Part shown: positions 51,901-64,000 of the stretch, piece by piece | How the letters are laid out: each line of letters starts with the position of its first letter | Position numbering within the stretch: position 1 is the stretch's first letter | Origin: Paramecium tetraurelia | Taxonomy: Eukaryota | Assembly (NCBI GenBank): GCA_000165425.1 | Contig: CT868174.1 | Location: forward strand, 186,001-250,000 | Direction of reading: 5' to 3' | Length of the DNA stretch: 64,000 nucleotides | Translations under genes and position numbers: made by a program | The notes under the pieces: model-generated | Database searches by the model: none | The model's input: the letters and a program-made list of their open reading frames with translations, nothing else | What the model was told of the DNA's origin: nothing

Positions 51901-54900
51901 TCCCCATTGTTTTCTAATTATTAGGCAACTGTATGTTTTTTTGTTTTCATTGTAGATTTCAAAGTGCTCGTCGAATTTACCTGCTAGGTGGTATTGTCCA
52001 TGATAGAATCCTGTCCAATCTCAATATTGGTGTCTAAACCTGCTTTATCATTCTTGTATTCCTCTTCAAAGTTTTCTAATAAAATAGCCAGAAACAGATT
52101 CAAAAAGACATAATTACCAATCATAATCCAAAACACCAAATAAGGAACTGTAATAAATGCAGAAACATCTTATATCAATAAGTCCCATAAAATACTATTC
52201 CAATTCTCTAAAGTGAGCACTTAAAACACAACTAAGAAGGCACTCTAAATATCATCATAACTCTATCTACTAGGAGTTTTAGATAATTGCCCTCCAAAAA
52301 AGGCCATGCCAAGCAGAGTGAAAATAAAAATAAATAGCAACAGCAAAACCATAATATACATAAAGGATTGGAATGCATTACCTAATACTTTTATCAGAAA
52401 TCCCATAAATTGTAAACTTCTCATCAACTTAGTGACTCTCAACACTCTAAATGCTCTGAATATTCTAACAGATCTAAAGGCTGATAATGAAGATTTCCCA
52501 CTTGTTCCTCCTCCTAGGAAAAAGAGTTCTACCAAACTCAATGCAACTATCACAGCATCAAATACGTTCATTGTATCAGAAATATAATTTTTGGGTCCCA
52601 TTCCTATTACTTTTAATCCTAATTCAATTGTAAATAAGATGGTAAATCCTAGATTAAACTATTGTAATGTATTTGCACTGCTATCTGGTAGTAAACCATC
52701 TAAAGCTAAGATTACAGTGTTTAATGCCACTGCCAGATTCATAGCTGCTTCAAAATATCCAGATTACACAAAATACAACAAATGATTTTAGCATACTTTT
52801 AAAAATCCTATAAATCCTTGTAAATAAATGAAAGTTTCTCTTTTTGAGTAATTTAAGGCTTTCATTACTGAATTCATTTACTTTGCAAATTTTGAGTCAT
52901 AAAAAGTATAATCAGCAATTAACAATACATCCTCAATAGATGCCTATGCAACAATAGCACCTTTGCTTTCTTCAATATCTCTTTATTTAATATCTTGGAA
53001 TTCTTAGTAAAATACTCCTTTTTACTGTTCTAATTCAGAAGCAGGAATTAGAGCGAGTTCTTATTAATTAAATTACTTATCTGTTTCAACTTAACGAATT
53101 CTATTCAGATCGACTATGCAATCTGAACTTTCTGAAAATTTCTCCCCTATTTATTAAAGATCCAATTTCTCATTTTATTCTTAATCTTTTTTTTTCTTTT
53201 TCATTTTAATTTTTTGGCTTGCACTTCCATTAAAATTATTATTTTTTTCATTATTTTGCTCATCAGGTTCATCATCTGAGTCAGAATTTTCATTCTCTTT
53301 ATTTTAATCATCTTAATTTTCAAAATTCTTGTCTGTTGGAAATTGTAGATCTTCAAATGGATGTAATTCATCCATAATTGGTTACACTCTCCTTAAACTT
53401 AAATTGTTTTTCTTAGATTTCAATCCAGATTTCAAATACCCAGATTTAGTCATACTTTTACTTTTACCAGAACTTGATTTTTTTAGTTCCAAAGATTATT
53501 TTTAATTTTTGAAGCAATAGGTAATTTTAATATCCATTTCTTTAATTTTCTCTTCTTATTCTAATTTCTCCTTTTCCAATTTCAATAACATCTGTGAAAC
53601 CAATACATCATTTACACTGCCAAATTCTTAATCAACTATAATAATTGGATAAAACTTTGTATTGTATAGTTTAGATTTCAACTTTAAGGATGCATCATCT
53701 AAATGTTATTAGGCATTTTTATTTAAATCTCTTAATCTTCTATTTTCCATTCTCTTCTATCTATTTAATTCTTTTTAGTTTTATTTCTTCTTCTTTTCAC
53801 TTTCAGAATCATCATTCTTATCCTAAACAAAAATATCCATTTCTTCTAATCTTTAATCAAGATCATCATCTGATATTGTATTCAACTCACTTAAATTTAC
53901 ACTATCAAATTCATTCTAATCTAGAGATTTCTATGAATCAGGTTTTGGTGAATTTCTGGGAGGTTTCTAGTATTTCATACCTGCCACCAAACTAAATTTT
54001 TGATTGGATTTCACATTCTAAGACTGTTGTCTAACTATAAAGATTATTAAAATTAAATACTCTCTCCCAATCTAGGGATTTCTAATTGATTGTTGGTTGG
54101 AGTCTTATCCTATTTTGACCCACCACTCTTACTACTCTCCATAGATCCTTGATGATGGACAATCATCGTACCTCCATTCAACGGTCGAATATTTTCACTC
54201 TACAAATCCATCATAGGAGAGTTTAGAAATTCTGAACTTATCTGCTGATCCCCAAATTAAATACTCTTTCTTGGGATTACTTTGGTTGGCCTACTCTAAC
54301 TTTGACTTTCATTTTCATTAATATTATTTTTATCCTCTTTTTTTGAAGAAGTTCTTTCATCGTTATTACTACTCTGACTGCTTCTTCTTACAACACTTGA
54401 TCGATTATTATTATTTTAGCCACTCACTCCCAAAGTCTATTAATTTAATTTGCTCTAATTGCCCATTCCATAAATTCCTTCAATTTTCAATTGTTTATTC
54501 TTCAATACAATTGGATTACTGTAATACACAGCAGATTTTATCGGCTGAAAACTTACTTTATTCTTTCCTCTTAACTTTTTCATATTTTATGATCTAATCA
54601 TATTCAACTAAGAAGCTCCTCTTCTGGAATTCTTTCTTCTATTCATAATTGCATTTTAATCAAAATCATGATGCTTATCCCATGAGATACCATAACCATC
54701 AGTGTCTACTATGGGTCTCTGTGGATCATATAATTTTAATTGTCTGAGTTATCTATAATCATATTCTTCAATCTCCTCTTTAATTTAAGCCAATTCTTCT
54801 TGAATCTTCTCTGGTTTAAAATTTAATTTTATAATAGCTAGTGTAAGATTGACCAAAAAGAATGCTCCAACAATAACAACAATAATAAAATACAAAACTA

Positions 54901-56138
54901 CGTATTAAGAAAACGTGAGCATTACAGCTGTTTAAATCTATGTCCATCCTTCTAATGTTGTTATAATGAAAACCTATAAGAAGGAATAACCAAATGTATC
55001 AAAATTAACCAAATCATTCTATGGATTGGCTATTTATTTTCCACAAATGAAATTCTCATTGTATATAGTATCCTCTGGGAATGGGCAATTATTATCGTCT
55101 GCGCAGAATAATATTTCATCAGAAATCCATGTGATTCCACTCATTTCACCTATGCATCTTCTTTTCAAATATCCAGAAAATAAGGACACACCTGCTATAG
55201 CAAATATTGAATAAAAGAATATCAGAACGACAACCGCATCTCTCAATTGAGCTATTGATGCAAATAATGCTAACAGAATAGTTCTTAGCGCCTTGATTGA
55301 AGACACTGTTCTCAAGGGTCTAAGCACTCTAAAGGATCTTAAGGCATTCAAATTGACTGAGTTGGATGACAGAAAATAAGGAATGTAGGCAGTTACAATC
55401 ACAGAAAAATCGAGGATGTTCCATGTGTCTTTTAAATAGGCTTTTTTTGGTAATATAAATCCCTGAATAATTAAAACAATTTACTAATGCTACTATTTTC
55501 AAGACTGCTTCTGCCGTATAGTAGGCCAAAAATATGATATCTGTTAAATCTTAGAAAGATGTTTAGACGTTAGTGGTTGGATCATCTATAGCAAGCATTG
55601 CTGAGTTAAAAATAATCATTAACAATGTCATCAATTCAAATAGTGGATGCGTAGTAATTTTTTAAGCGTACGATGAGATCAGTTTTGTAAATATTAAAAT
55701 CTATTTTCGAATGACTAAGAAGGGATATCTACATTATATAATATCCATTACTTGTCACTGTAAATGTAGGCCAATTATAATTCATTTTTTGGAATTAGTT
55801 TTATGTAAGTATTCACCTTCACCTTTGTTTCTGTATATGATTGTCCGAATTCCTCTTCCAAGTCTTCTAAAATTTCTTATTTCTGATTCTCATTCATTAC
55901 AGCAAAACTTTAATCCTCTTGTTAATTCACAGTAGATTGTCCATCATGCATAAGTTCCTGAACTTTTTTTAAAATTTCCCGATTCTACTTTTGGACATAT
56001 TCCCCATATTTCTATAATAGATTTCAACTATACCCCATCTTCACTAAAAGAGTCTCTGTCTTCAAAGTATATTTCCTTATCTTCTATTGCAGATAAACGC
56101 TATTTTAATGTCGAAGTTACTGCTACTTCTTTTGACAT
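48922..56138 (-). CDS. Four-domain voltage-gated calcium channel alpha-1 subunit (Cav-like, EEEE filter, ~2370 aa)
   Basis: Four S4 segments (LRSFRVLRPLRT, FRSVRIFRAFRVLRVTK, LRLLRTLRPLRFI, ARVFRVLRVTRLFRLIK); pore loops TTLEGW, LTLENW, STLEGW, STGEDW; proximal C-terminal EF-hand-like region. At least 5 tiny introns. Confidence 0.95.
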
Positions 56139-56618
56139 ATATATATATTAATTATTATAATGTATCAACAAAATAGGAATTTCTTTAAATAAAAAATTCT
56201 TATTCCTCTCAAACATATCTAGACTGTAATCACTAATAATTTTTTTGAATTCAGAGCAACAATTAAATCAGTATAAGATCTCTTTTCCTAAGTTTTTCTA
56301 TTTTTAGAAACTATTATATACTTAAAAAATATACTGAGGCACTAGAATCATAAATCGAATGATCCGTTGCACTTCAGAAAGTTTTTCATAAATCAATATT
56401 TGGAATTTATTCTCTGCCTATAAAACCATCATAATAAATAATAAAGTAAGATTTAATATATAAATTAAAGTCTGTTAAGAACGTTGAAAATTTATGTACA
56501 TGTTCTAATGGATTAATGTGAGCATCAAAGAAGGAGCATTCAAATTACTAATTTATCAATTCTATATATATGAAATAAATGTTTATGATTTGAAATATCT
56601 TACAAAACTTATTATTAA

Positions 56619-59600
56619 TCAAATAATAATTTCAATTACTTCCAAGGTTTCTTTTGGATACGATTTTATTAACGATTTTATTGTTTTCAGGACGTTTTCA
56701 TCACAAAATTCCTTCCAAAATTATGGTCTCTTCTTGCTGGTTTTCAAAATTCGTTTTAATGCCTGATAGGTTGATTGTTTATTAACATAAAGCCACTAAT
56801 TTTTATTTAATTCCCTCAATTAAGTTTTATATAAATTTATATCCTTTATATAATAATAATCTTGTTTGGCAATTATTTATTATAACAATTATTTTAAATA
56901 GGTTGAAGCAATCTACTTTGAAGATTAATTTATTTTCAATTAGCAAATTAATTCAGTCCATTGATTTGTCTATAACCTCTCTGCCATTTGCGTCTAATAT
57001 ATTGTATAAATATTTACATTGATTTTTGTTGCATTCAACAAATATTTAATAATTTGGAGGTATAACAATTAATTCTTCTTTTCCATCAATCCAATTAATA
57101 ATTAAATTTATGATTCAATCTCACTTTTCATTATGTCCCTCAACTTATCCAATGGCAAATTCTTCTGCTTTAAACGACCTTATTGCTAGTCACTTATGTC
57201 AAGATTTTTTAACACATCATAAATAACCTAGTTATTAAAATGATTAATACTTATAATTCTAAAAAGAGCTAATTCTAATTAAAAACAGTCCATAATTCAT
57301 CATTAACATTTTTTCCATTTATATAAGTCAATAGTAAGATGCTCGAAATGCCTTTGCCCTTGAAGTCAATCATTTATAAATAATCAACTACCACATTGAT
57401 ATTCTTGGTCGATTTGGCTAAAGTGTAAAATTGTTTCGATAATTGGAGTAAATGTTAGAATTCCCTCTTGCCCTTTTGATACAACTCATTTTAAGCTTTG
57501 ATTCCTTTTTGAAGCCATAAAGAATAGGCTTTTATTAAATCATATTGTTCAACTACGAGAGACTAAGTTGGTTTTGGTGTTGGGAATGCGATTTATCTAC
57601 ATTTTTTTGTTTAGGTAATTATGGGTTGTTATTTTTGAATTTCTTAACGCAGCAAAATAGCTTCATATGGATCATAGTCATCTCCATATTCTATTGGGAT
57701 TTCATCAAAATCATAGAAGGGTTCTAATTTGTTCTTCTCTTCCATATATTCAGTTTCAATTTTTTCTGGTTATTGATTATTGTCCTTGATAAATACATCC
57801 CAAGCATATTCAAATGTCTCACTCTTTTTATTCTTCTGAAAAATGATTAATTCATCAATGAAGATTCTATTAAACATATTCTGATTTGATAATTTCCAAA
57901 GTTGTTTAATATCTTCAATTTATGAAAGAGTTTCATTGATGTCTTTTGAACAATTCTACAAAAACTAAAGATATCTCAGAAGAAGTTAAGAATACTATTT
58001 ATAATTGATGGTCTCACTTAGAATGTCAAAAACAACATTTGGAACTTAATTGAATACATAAAACAACTAAGGGAGTCTAGTACTTTAAATCTTTTGTAAT
58101 TTTTATACTATTTAAGTGGCTGTCTTGCTCTTAATTTTCTCAATGAATATTTTATCCTTTATTGATCTATAATCGTATTCACTACCCAATAATGCCTTAT
58201 GATTTTTTAATAAAGTCTTTAATAGCTTCTTTGCTGAATCTGTAATTATAGGTTGGTTTTGTTAAATAATTGTTATCAATTATGGTATTATTGTAAATTT
58301 AATAGAAGGATTCTGATATGCTTGTAATGTCATTCCAAGACAATCTAAACTATTGACTAAATTAATTTATTGTTCTGATAGCATAGATTTGAACTTTTGG
58401 TTGCGTTGTTTGATATCTTAAAATATATAGGATTTCATCTGATTATTGTCTTGATTTAAAATAGACATTAGTTTTGTCATCATAGCTTATGATAATGTCA
58501 TTTTCTATATATAGACTTGCAAGTTGCTATAATTATTTTAGGTGAATGTAATTGTGTGAGTCAATAAAGTATAGATTTATTCTATGTAATTCAAGGGAAT
58601 GATTATAAAATTATTTCTTTTCTATATGGTTCTATACTTAAAGATTTCTATTTGATCAACATTGGGTTTATTGAAAATGATACCAGTGATGGCATATCCT
58701 TGAGTAACAGTGATGCTAGTGGGCCCAATTTATAGTTACTAAGGAGTTGCCAATACACTAGGGGCCAAACAGAAATTTTGTAAAGGACTAAATAGATGAG
58801 ATGACTGTTTTAGTAAATTTAATTCAAATCTCTCTTTCAATTAATTGATCAATTAGTCTTAATTTTCATTTTTTCTATCTACACAAAGTTAAGTGGCATT
58901 ATCTTTAAGATTTAAACAAGCAGATATCAATTATTTGTTATCAGCTACTGCTAATGCATAGAAATTGTATTCTGAATCCTTGAGAAGACAAAATCCTTCA
59001 ACAAAATTATCAAAAATTTGTTAAACATAAACATTGCCTTTGTTATTGATTTCAATAATAAGCAATCTGCCACTATGAAAATTAACTTATTGATTAGTTA
59101 GATTTTATTTTTATGCTAAGACTGCGAATTTTAGATGACTCTTATTCTGACTGATAAATTAAGGAGACGCTAATAGTCCATCCAATTATTGAGACACTAG
59201 TAGTTCATCCAATCTTACAATGTTTACGAATGCTTTGTCTTAATAATTACAAAGAAATGAGGCTCCATTCTTATATGAAATAAGCAAAATTGAAGTGTTA
59301 TTGATCTTGGCTAAACATTGGGGAATTTTATCTCTGGTCTTTCCTTTGAGCTGATCATCTAAATTGACCTTCTCAGAAATGGGAATTTTGGATTGTCCTT
59401 CAACAAGTTTCTATTGATAAATATCTCCCTATAAATCAACACATAAGATTGTTCCATTTATAACACAGAAATCTTTGATCTTCTTCTCCTCTATATTGAG
59501 ATTGTAACATTGCTAATTCTGAGTATTAATGTTAAATGTATATATGGAATTGTATGCTAACCAAGCAAAGGAGTTTTGATTAATCCAAAGGGTTTTGCTT

Positions 59601-62600
59601 ATGGGATGTGTAAAGCGAGCAATTACAGTTTTGTCACTTTAAAGGGTGCCATCTTATTTTAGTTCATAAAGATGGATTTCTAATAGGGCAGACACTAGAA
59701 TTTATTTTTAGTTGTAGGGATTAAATAGAATAGTGGAGACAGGAGGTCTACAACTTATTTTCGTATAGGGTAATTATAATCCGCTTGTTTTTTTTTCTAG
59801 GAGTGAAAAGTATTTGGCCTTGTTGAAAATTTTCATTTCGCTGTGACCTACAACAGCAATAAAGTTGTCTCCTTCATCGATCACTCTTCTTATTTGGAAT
59901 GCTACATAATAAATTCCTAATTTTGATTGTATTTGTTCTTATTGAGTTCTTAACTCATTCAAAACATCAATATTTTCTGTTTTATGTTGGATTATATTGC
60001 CAGATGATATTAAGGCAGTTATTTTCTGAATATTATGAGCAGTTTTCGATTACAATTCATATTCTTGTTCTTCAACATCAGTTAACTAATTAGATTCTAA
60101 ATTCTTATAATTTTAGACAGTAAAATTGCACATTTAAATTAATTTATCAAATAGAAGTTCGAAATTAATTTTAAGTTTTGAAAAAAACTTTGAATCTTGT
60201 TGTGGTCTCATTTGATTTTTGACTTCTTTTGGTTCAAACTAATTGGGTTCGATTTCTATGATTGAATTGCTACTGGATTCGTACTTTTCAACCACGTCAT
60301 TATTGGATTCTTCATGGTATTAAATCTATGAACTGGACAGAGAATCTTCTAACTCCACCTCTGAATCAAACTCTTAAAAGTTATCTTTTATTCTACCTGT
60401 ATATTCTCGTATGTTTATGTGGGGATGCAATTCTAAATCTTTGAACTCTCTATATTCTCGAATCTCCCTTTCTCTTCTTAAATATTCTACCAAAACTCCG
60501 GATGTGGCCGTTGTCGAAGGTGGAAACAAAGGTCTTCTATTCAATTAAGGTTGAATCTATTGTTTTTATCTTTATTAATTGCATTTTTTAGTTTGGTTAC
60601 ATTCACACATGGATTCAATCATATTTTCATATTGGATTTGATGATTCTAATGACAACTAAAAGCACAACTAGCACAACATTGTATATTCTTCTTATTATT
60701 ATTCGAACACTAAATACAAGTGTAGATTTGTTATTGGATATTTTAAATAGTACAACCAGTCGGTACAAAATTCTCAGGTATTAAAACTTCCTTCAGTTAT
60801 TGAACATCAATATTACTTTAAACTTACGATTGTCCATTCTCATTCATTTTTATAATACTGATCAACTAGAGACAGTACTCTATCATTGTTTAAGTAATTT
60901 GGTGATTATTGATTATTATATCATAGGACAACTCAAAAAATTCGTTGGTTAGTTATATTTTATCAAACTTACTTATTAGTACTAAGATATGTTGCAATTT
61001 TTAATCAAAAAACTTATCCTGATTTTAAATTGATTTTAAGCAATTTATTATCAATTGATAGGGAATCTTATCAAATAAGTCAAAGATCAAACTATATTCT
61101 GCAGATTAACCAAATTAATAGACATTAGTTGCCAAATTAATGAACTCTTGTTTCAAATCCTAATTTTTGTTTAGATTCTTTTGAATTCCAATCAACACTA
61201 AATTAATTGCATCTTGTAATTAATTATTTAAACAATCCTCTAACTTCTTCTCTATTTCCATTGATTACTTTTTCTTCTTCTATTACTTGATCGGTTTAAC
61301 AAGAGTCAATACCAATTATAATAAACCAGCACAACTGAATTCCACTATCAACTTATTTATACACATCTCATTCTATTCACCCATCCCATCTATAAAATTA
61401 TTACTAATGCCACAATGTAAACTTATGGCAATCAATAGAGCCAATAATTCAAACTAACTTTTTTGGACTTGTTAATATCCAAACTTCAGAAATTCATAGT
61501 TGTCCTAAATTTGTAATATTAATTAAAATTTATGAACTGCCATTTAAAGTTTAGTTATGTTGCTTATTTATTACTAGACATTTTATTAGATACTCAAAAT
61601 ATCGTATTATTTCCATAGCAATGCATAATATCGAAATTTACACAACTTACTTAATTCTACCACTACCATTTTTATTAATTTCACATTATTTTTTTCATTT
61701 TTAAATATCTATATTATAGCTGTGGCTAGTTGAACTTTCTGTAATTTCTTCAAAGAATCCCAAATTATGTCACTTTCAATTAGATTTTATTCAAAAAGCA
61801 TATTCTGTACTCTTTCGTTGACCATAAGAGAATGTTAAATATTGATCTTAACATCGCTTAATTACAAAAGTCTACTTATTTAAACTGCCAAATATAAATT
61901 CTTCTGCATGCCTAAATATATTGTTTCGTAACGTTTTATTTGTTTTTCTAATTATTCAATCAAATTTTTTCCATGTTCTTGTATTTACTTAAAATATTCC
62001 TACTCTTATCCCTCATTCAAGTCTCCTAATTCACTTGATCTTTCTGAAATCTCTTCTCCATTTTTTTTTCTATTTATGAAATTATCCTATAATAAATAAT
62101 TGATCTTTAATAGCATCACATAAAGTTGTATCTCAGTCTCAGGTTTGCCTTGCTCATATTATTGAATTGAATTGAGTAGCATATTATAATTGACAGCTTT
62201 ATTTCTAGTACACATCGATTTGTGTATGATATCAAAAAGTCTTAAGAATTCTGACTCATTTTAATCTGTAAAATACATAACAATATAATAGAATCCCTAA
62301 ATAATTTGAGATTGCTTATTGTAAGCGATTTATTTCAAGAAATTACTTATGTTGTTCCATTCTCTATTTAAAATTTAACCTATTCTTTAGTTAATTTAGG
62401 GAGATTGTGTTGTTTCCTGTCCTATGATTACTAAGATATCATAAAATGACATATTCTATTCAGTTTCAATCAACTGTTGAAATTATGATAGCAATTTCAT
62501 TTTTCTCTTTATGTTCAAATTTTAGAATGAATATAAACTAAACATCTAAACTAAACAAATTTCATTAAGTTGAAATCTTAAACATTATTCCTATAAGGGA

Positions 62601-63389
62601 TCTAGGGTTATGGATTTCTCTTAGATGATCAATATCACATGTAATATCACATATTAATAAGGTGAAATAGATTTATTCAACAATTTCTCAAATAATTACT
62701 CAAAGTGTTCCTACTTAATCAATTAAATTAATAAATATATGATAGAAAGAGGATTTGAGTGTTTCTATATTTCCTGTTTGACTATGTTTTCTGGGTTTTA
62801 TTCGAATGTCACTATTGCATCAATAATGAAGTTATTTAATTGTTTTTCTTTACTTTACAATAACACAGCCCTTAAATATTCATAATTTAAATTAAATTTC
62901 TAATTATTTGATATCCTTTTCAAGATAATTAATGCTCTGTCAAAATCAATCTATTAAGAATTCACTATGACTGTTATTAATTTAGGTATTTAAGAGGCAA
63001 TATCCAATACCTAATTCTAAAATATTAATTGAGTGACAATGTCTAACTTTTCATTATCTAATTCTTTGAGATTAAGGAATAATTAAATTTATTGTTCATG
63101 AGGGAGAATTTGTAATTTGCTTTTGCAATCAAAATCAAGAGTTCCATTCTTTATAAATTTAGGAATATCAAATTTTAATGCACTTAGATCTAAAACCATT
63201 AGAACAACTTCTGGATATTAAAAAGCCAAAAGGTATTCTGAGAGCTCCTCAATAGATAATAGATAGTTTTTTAATAACTATTATAAACTTTTATTTGAAC
63301 TAAAATATGTGTATAAATATTTACAAAATAGAAGTTTTTAAATTTAGATTGAAATGCTAATCGACAATTTCTATATCCTTTATTTCCAT
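56619..63389 (-). CDS. UBR4: UBR4/BIG/p600-like protein, N-terminal portion only (helical region, UBR box, beta-propeller, DOC-like domain), lacking the C-terminal E3 module
   Basis: UBR box CTIQNIQQQIYTCIQC...CCASCAFSCHQNH...MCECNQTKKC (60581-60754); propeller PVSTILFNPYNQKQILVSALLEIHLYEL...ISKTLWI; near the end DYYYIKD and KRPQFWKEFC, resembling UBR4 motifs. Start 63389 with a 25-nt first intron; stop TGA 56619. Frame checked in segments, not codon by codon throughout. Confidence 0.72.
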
Positions 63390-64000
63390 GTTAGGAATGT
63401 TGAATATTTTTTTTTTCCAAAATGTAATTTTGATAAAATTCGCAAATTATTTTTTTAAATATTCATCCTAAAATTCTTATTTTATTAGAAACTTCACAAA
63501 GTCAACTATTACATCACAAAGAGTTTATGAGTCACAAACTAAAATACTTATATTTAATACCTTGAGGTTGGTCGACTTCAAAAAACTATATTAAAATTGT
63601 AATAATTTGCTATTAGACAGTCAATTTGTGGTTTAGGGGATTCGATATCGCTAATTATAAAAATAAATTATTACCATTATGTAAATAACGAATCAGAATA
63701 CTTTAATATTGTTTTAAGGAATCACCTGATTTAAGCTTTTCCAAAAATTTATGTAATTATCGCTATTGGAAATTTAAATAGAAATAATTACTTTAAAAGA
63801 CAGTCTCGATTCAGATTAATGAACATTCTAGAATAATAAATATAAATACTGATATTTGCTAGCTAATTTCTACAAGACACTCTACTATTTATTTTTGCAT
63901 GTATTTATTAATAATTTATAGAAATTAATATAAATGATATAAACTAAATAAAAACAATACCTTTTACAAAAATTCATCTTAGAAATCAATCTATTAATTT

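Noticed and set aside
1759..60784. Most entries of the supplied ORF track, e.g. 1759-2235(-), 3124-3462(-), 9433-9867(-), 37409-39103(+), 50010-52785(+), 53690-55935(+)
   Set aside because: Computed with TAA/TAG as stops and non-ATG starts. They are exon fragments, wrong-frame reads or antisense shadows of the table-6 genes.
966..63389. Functional calcium or ubiquitin gene cluster (PMCA, Cav, UBR4-like, Deltex)
   Set aside because: These are large gene families in ciliates, the genes are interspersed with unrelated ones, and no shared regulatory motif is visible. Co-location is probably chance.
1..64000. Telomeric repeats, retained IESs, transposons, tRNA/rRNA genes
   Set aside because: No C4A2/C3A3 tracts, transposase motifs or structured GC-rich RNA genes seen. 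Gene interruptions are explained by GT..AG introns or 1-nt indels. Intergenic IESs cannot be excluded by eye.

Overview
Gene-dense, very AT-rich eukaryotic DNA that reads as ciliate macronuclear genome, most likely Paramecium. TAA and TAG encode Gln, TGA is the only stop, introns are tiny GT..AG elements of 22-31 nt, and intergenic spacers are often only tens of bases. The supplied ORF track uses the standard code, so it breaks every gene and lists many antisense shadows; I re-read the genes by hand with the ciliate code (table 6). About 23 protein genes are supported: a PMCA Ca2+-ATPase, a DEAH helicase, a plant-type ALDH12 P5C dehydrogenase, a divergent CK1-like kinase, an RRM protein, an FAAH-like amidase, a minimal Deltex RING-DTC ligase, two giant Cys-rich multi-TM surface proteins, Pus10, prefoldin 3, a P4-ATPase flippase, a four-domain EEEE Cav channel, a UBR4/BIG-like gene and several hypotheticals. 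Most notable are a UBR4-like gene that stops before the C-terminal E3 half (possible split gene), a head-to-head gene pair with only 7 bp between start codons, the minimal Deltex ligase, and single-base frameshifts in both P-type ATPases (possibly assembly errors). I saw no RNA genes, CRISPR arrays, transposons or telomere repeats. All calls come from manual translation and motif recognition; no searches were run.
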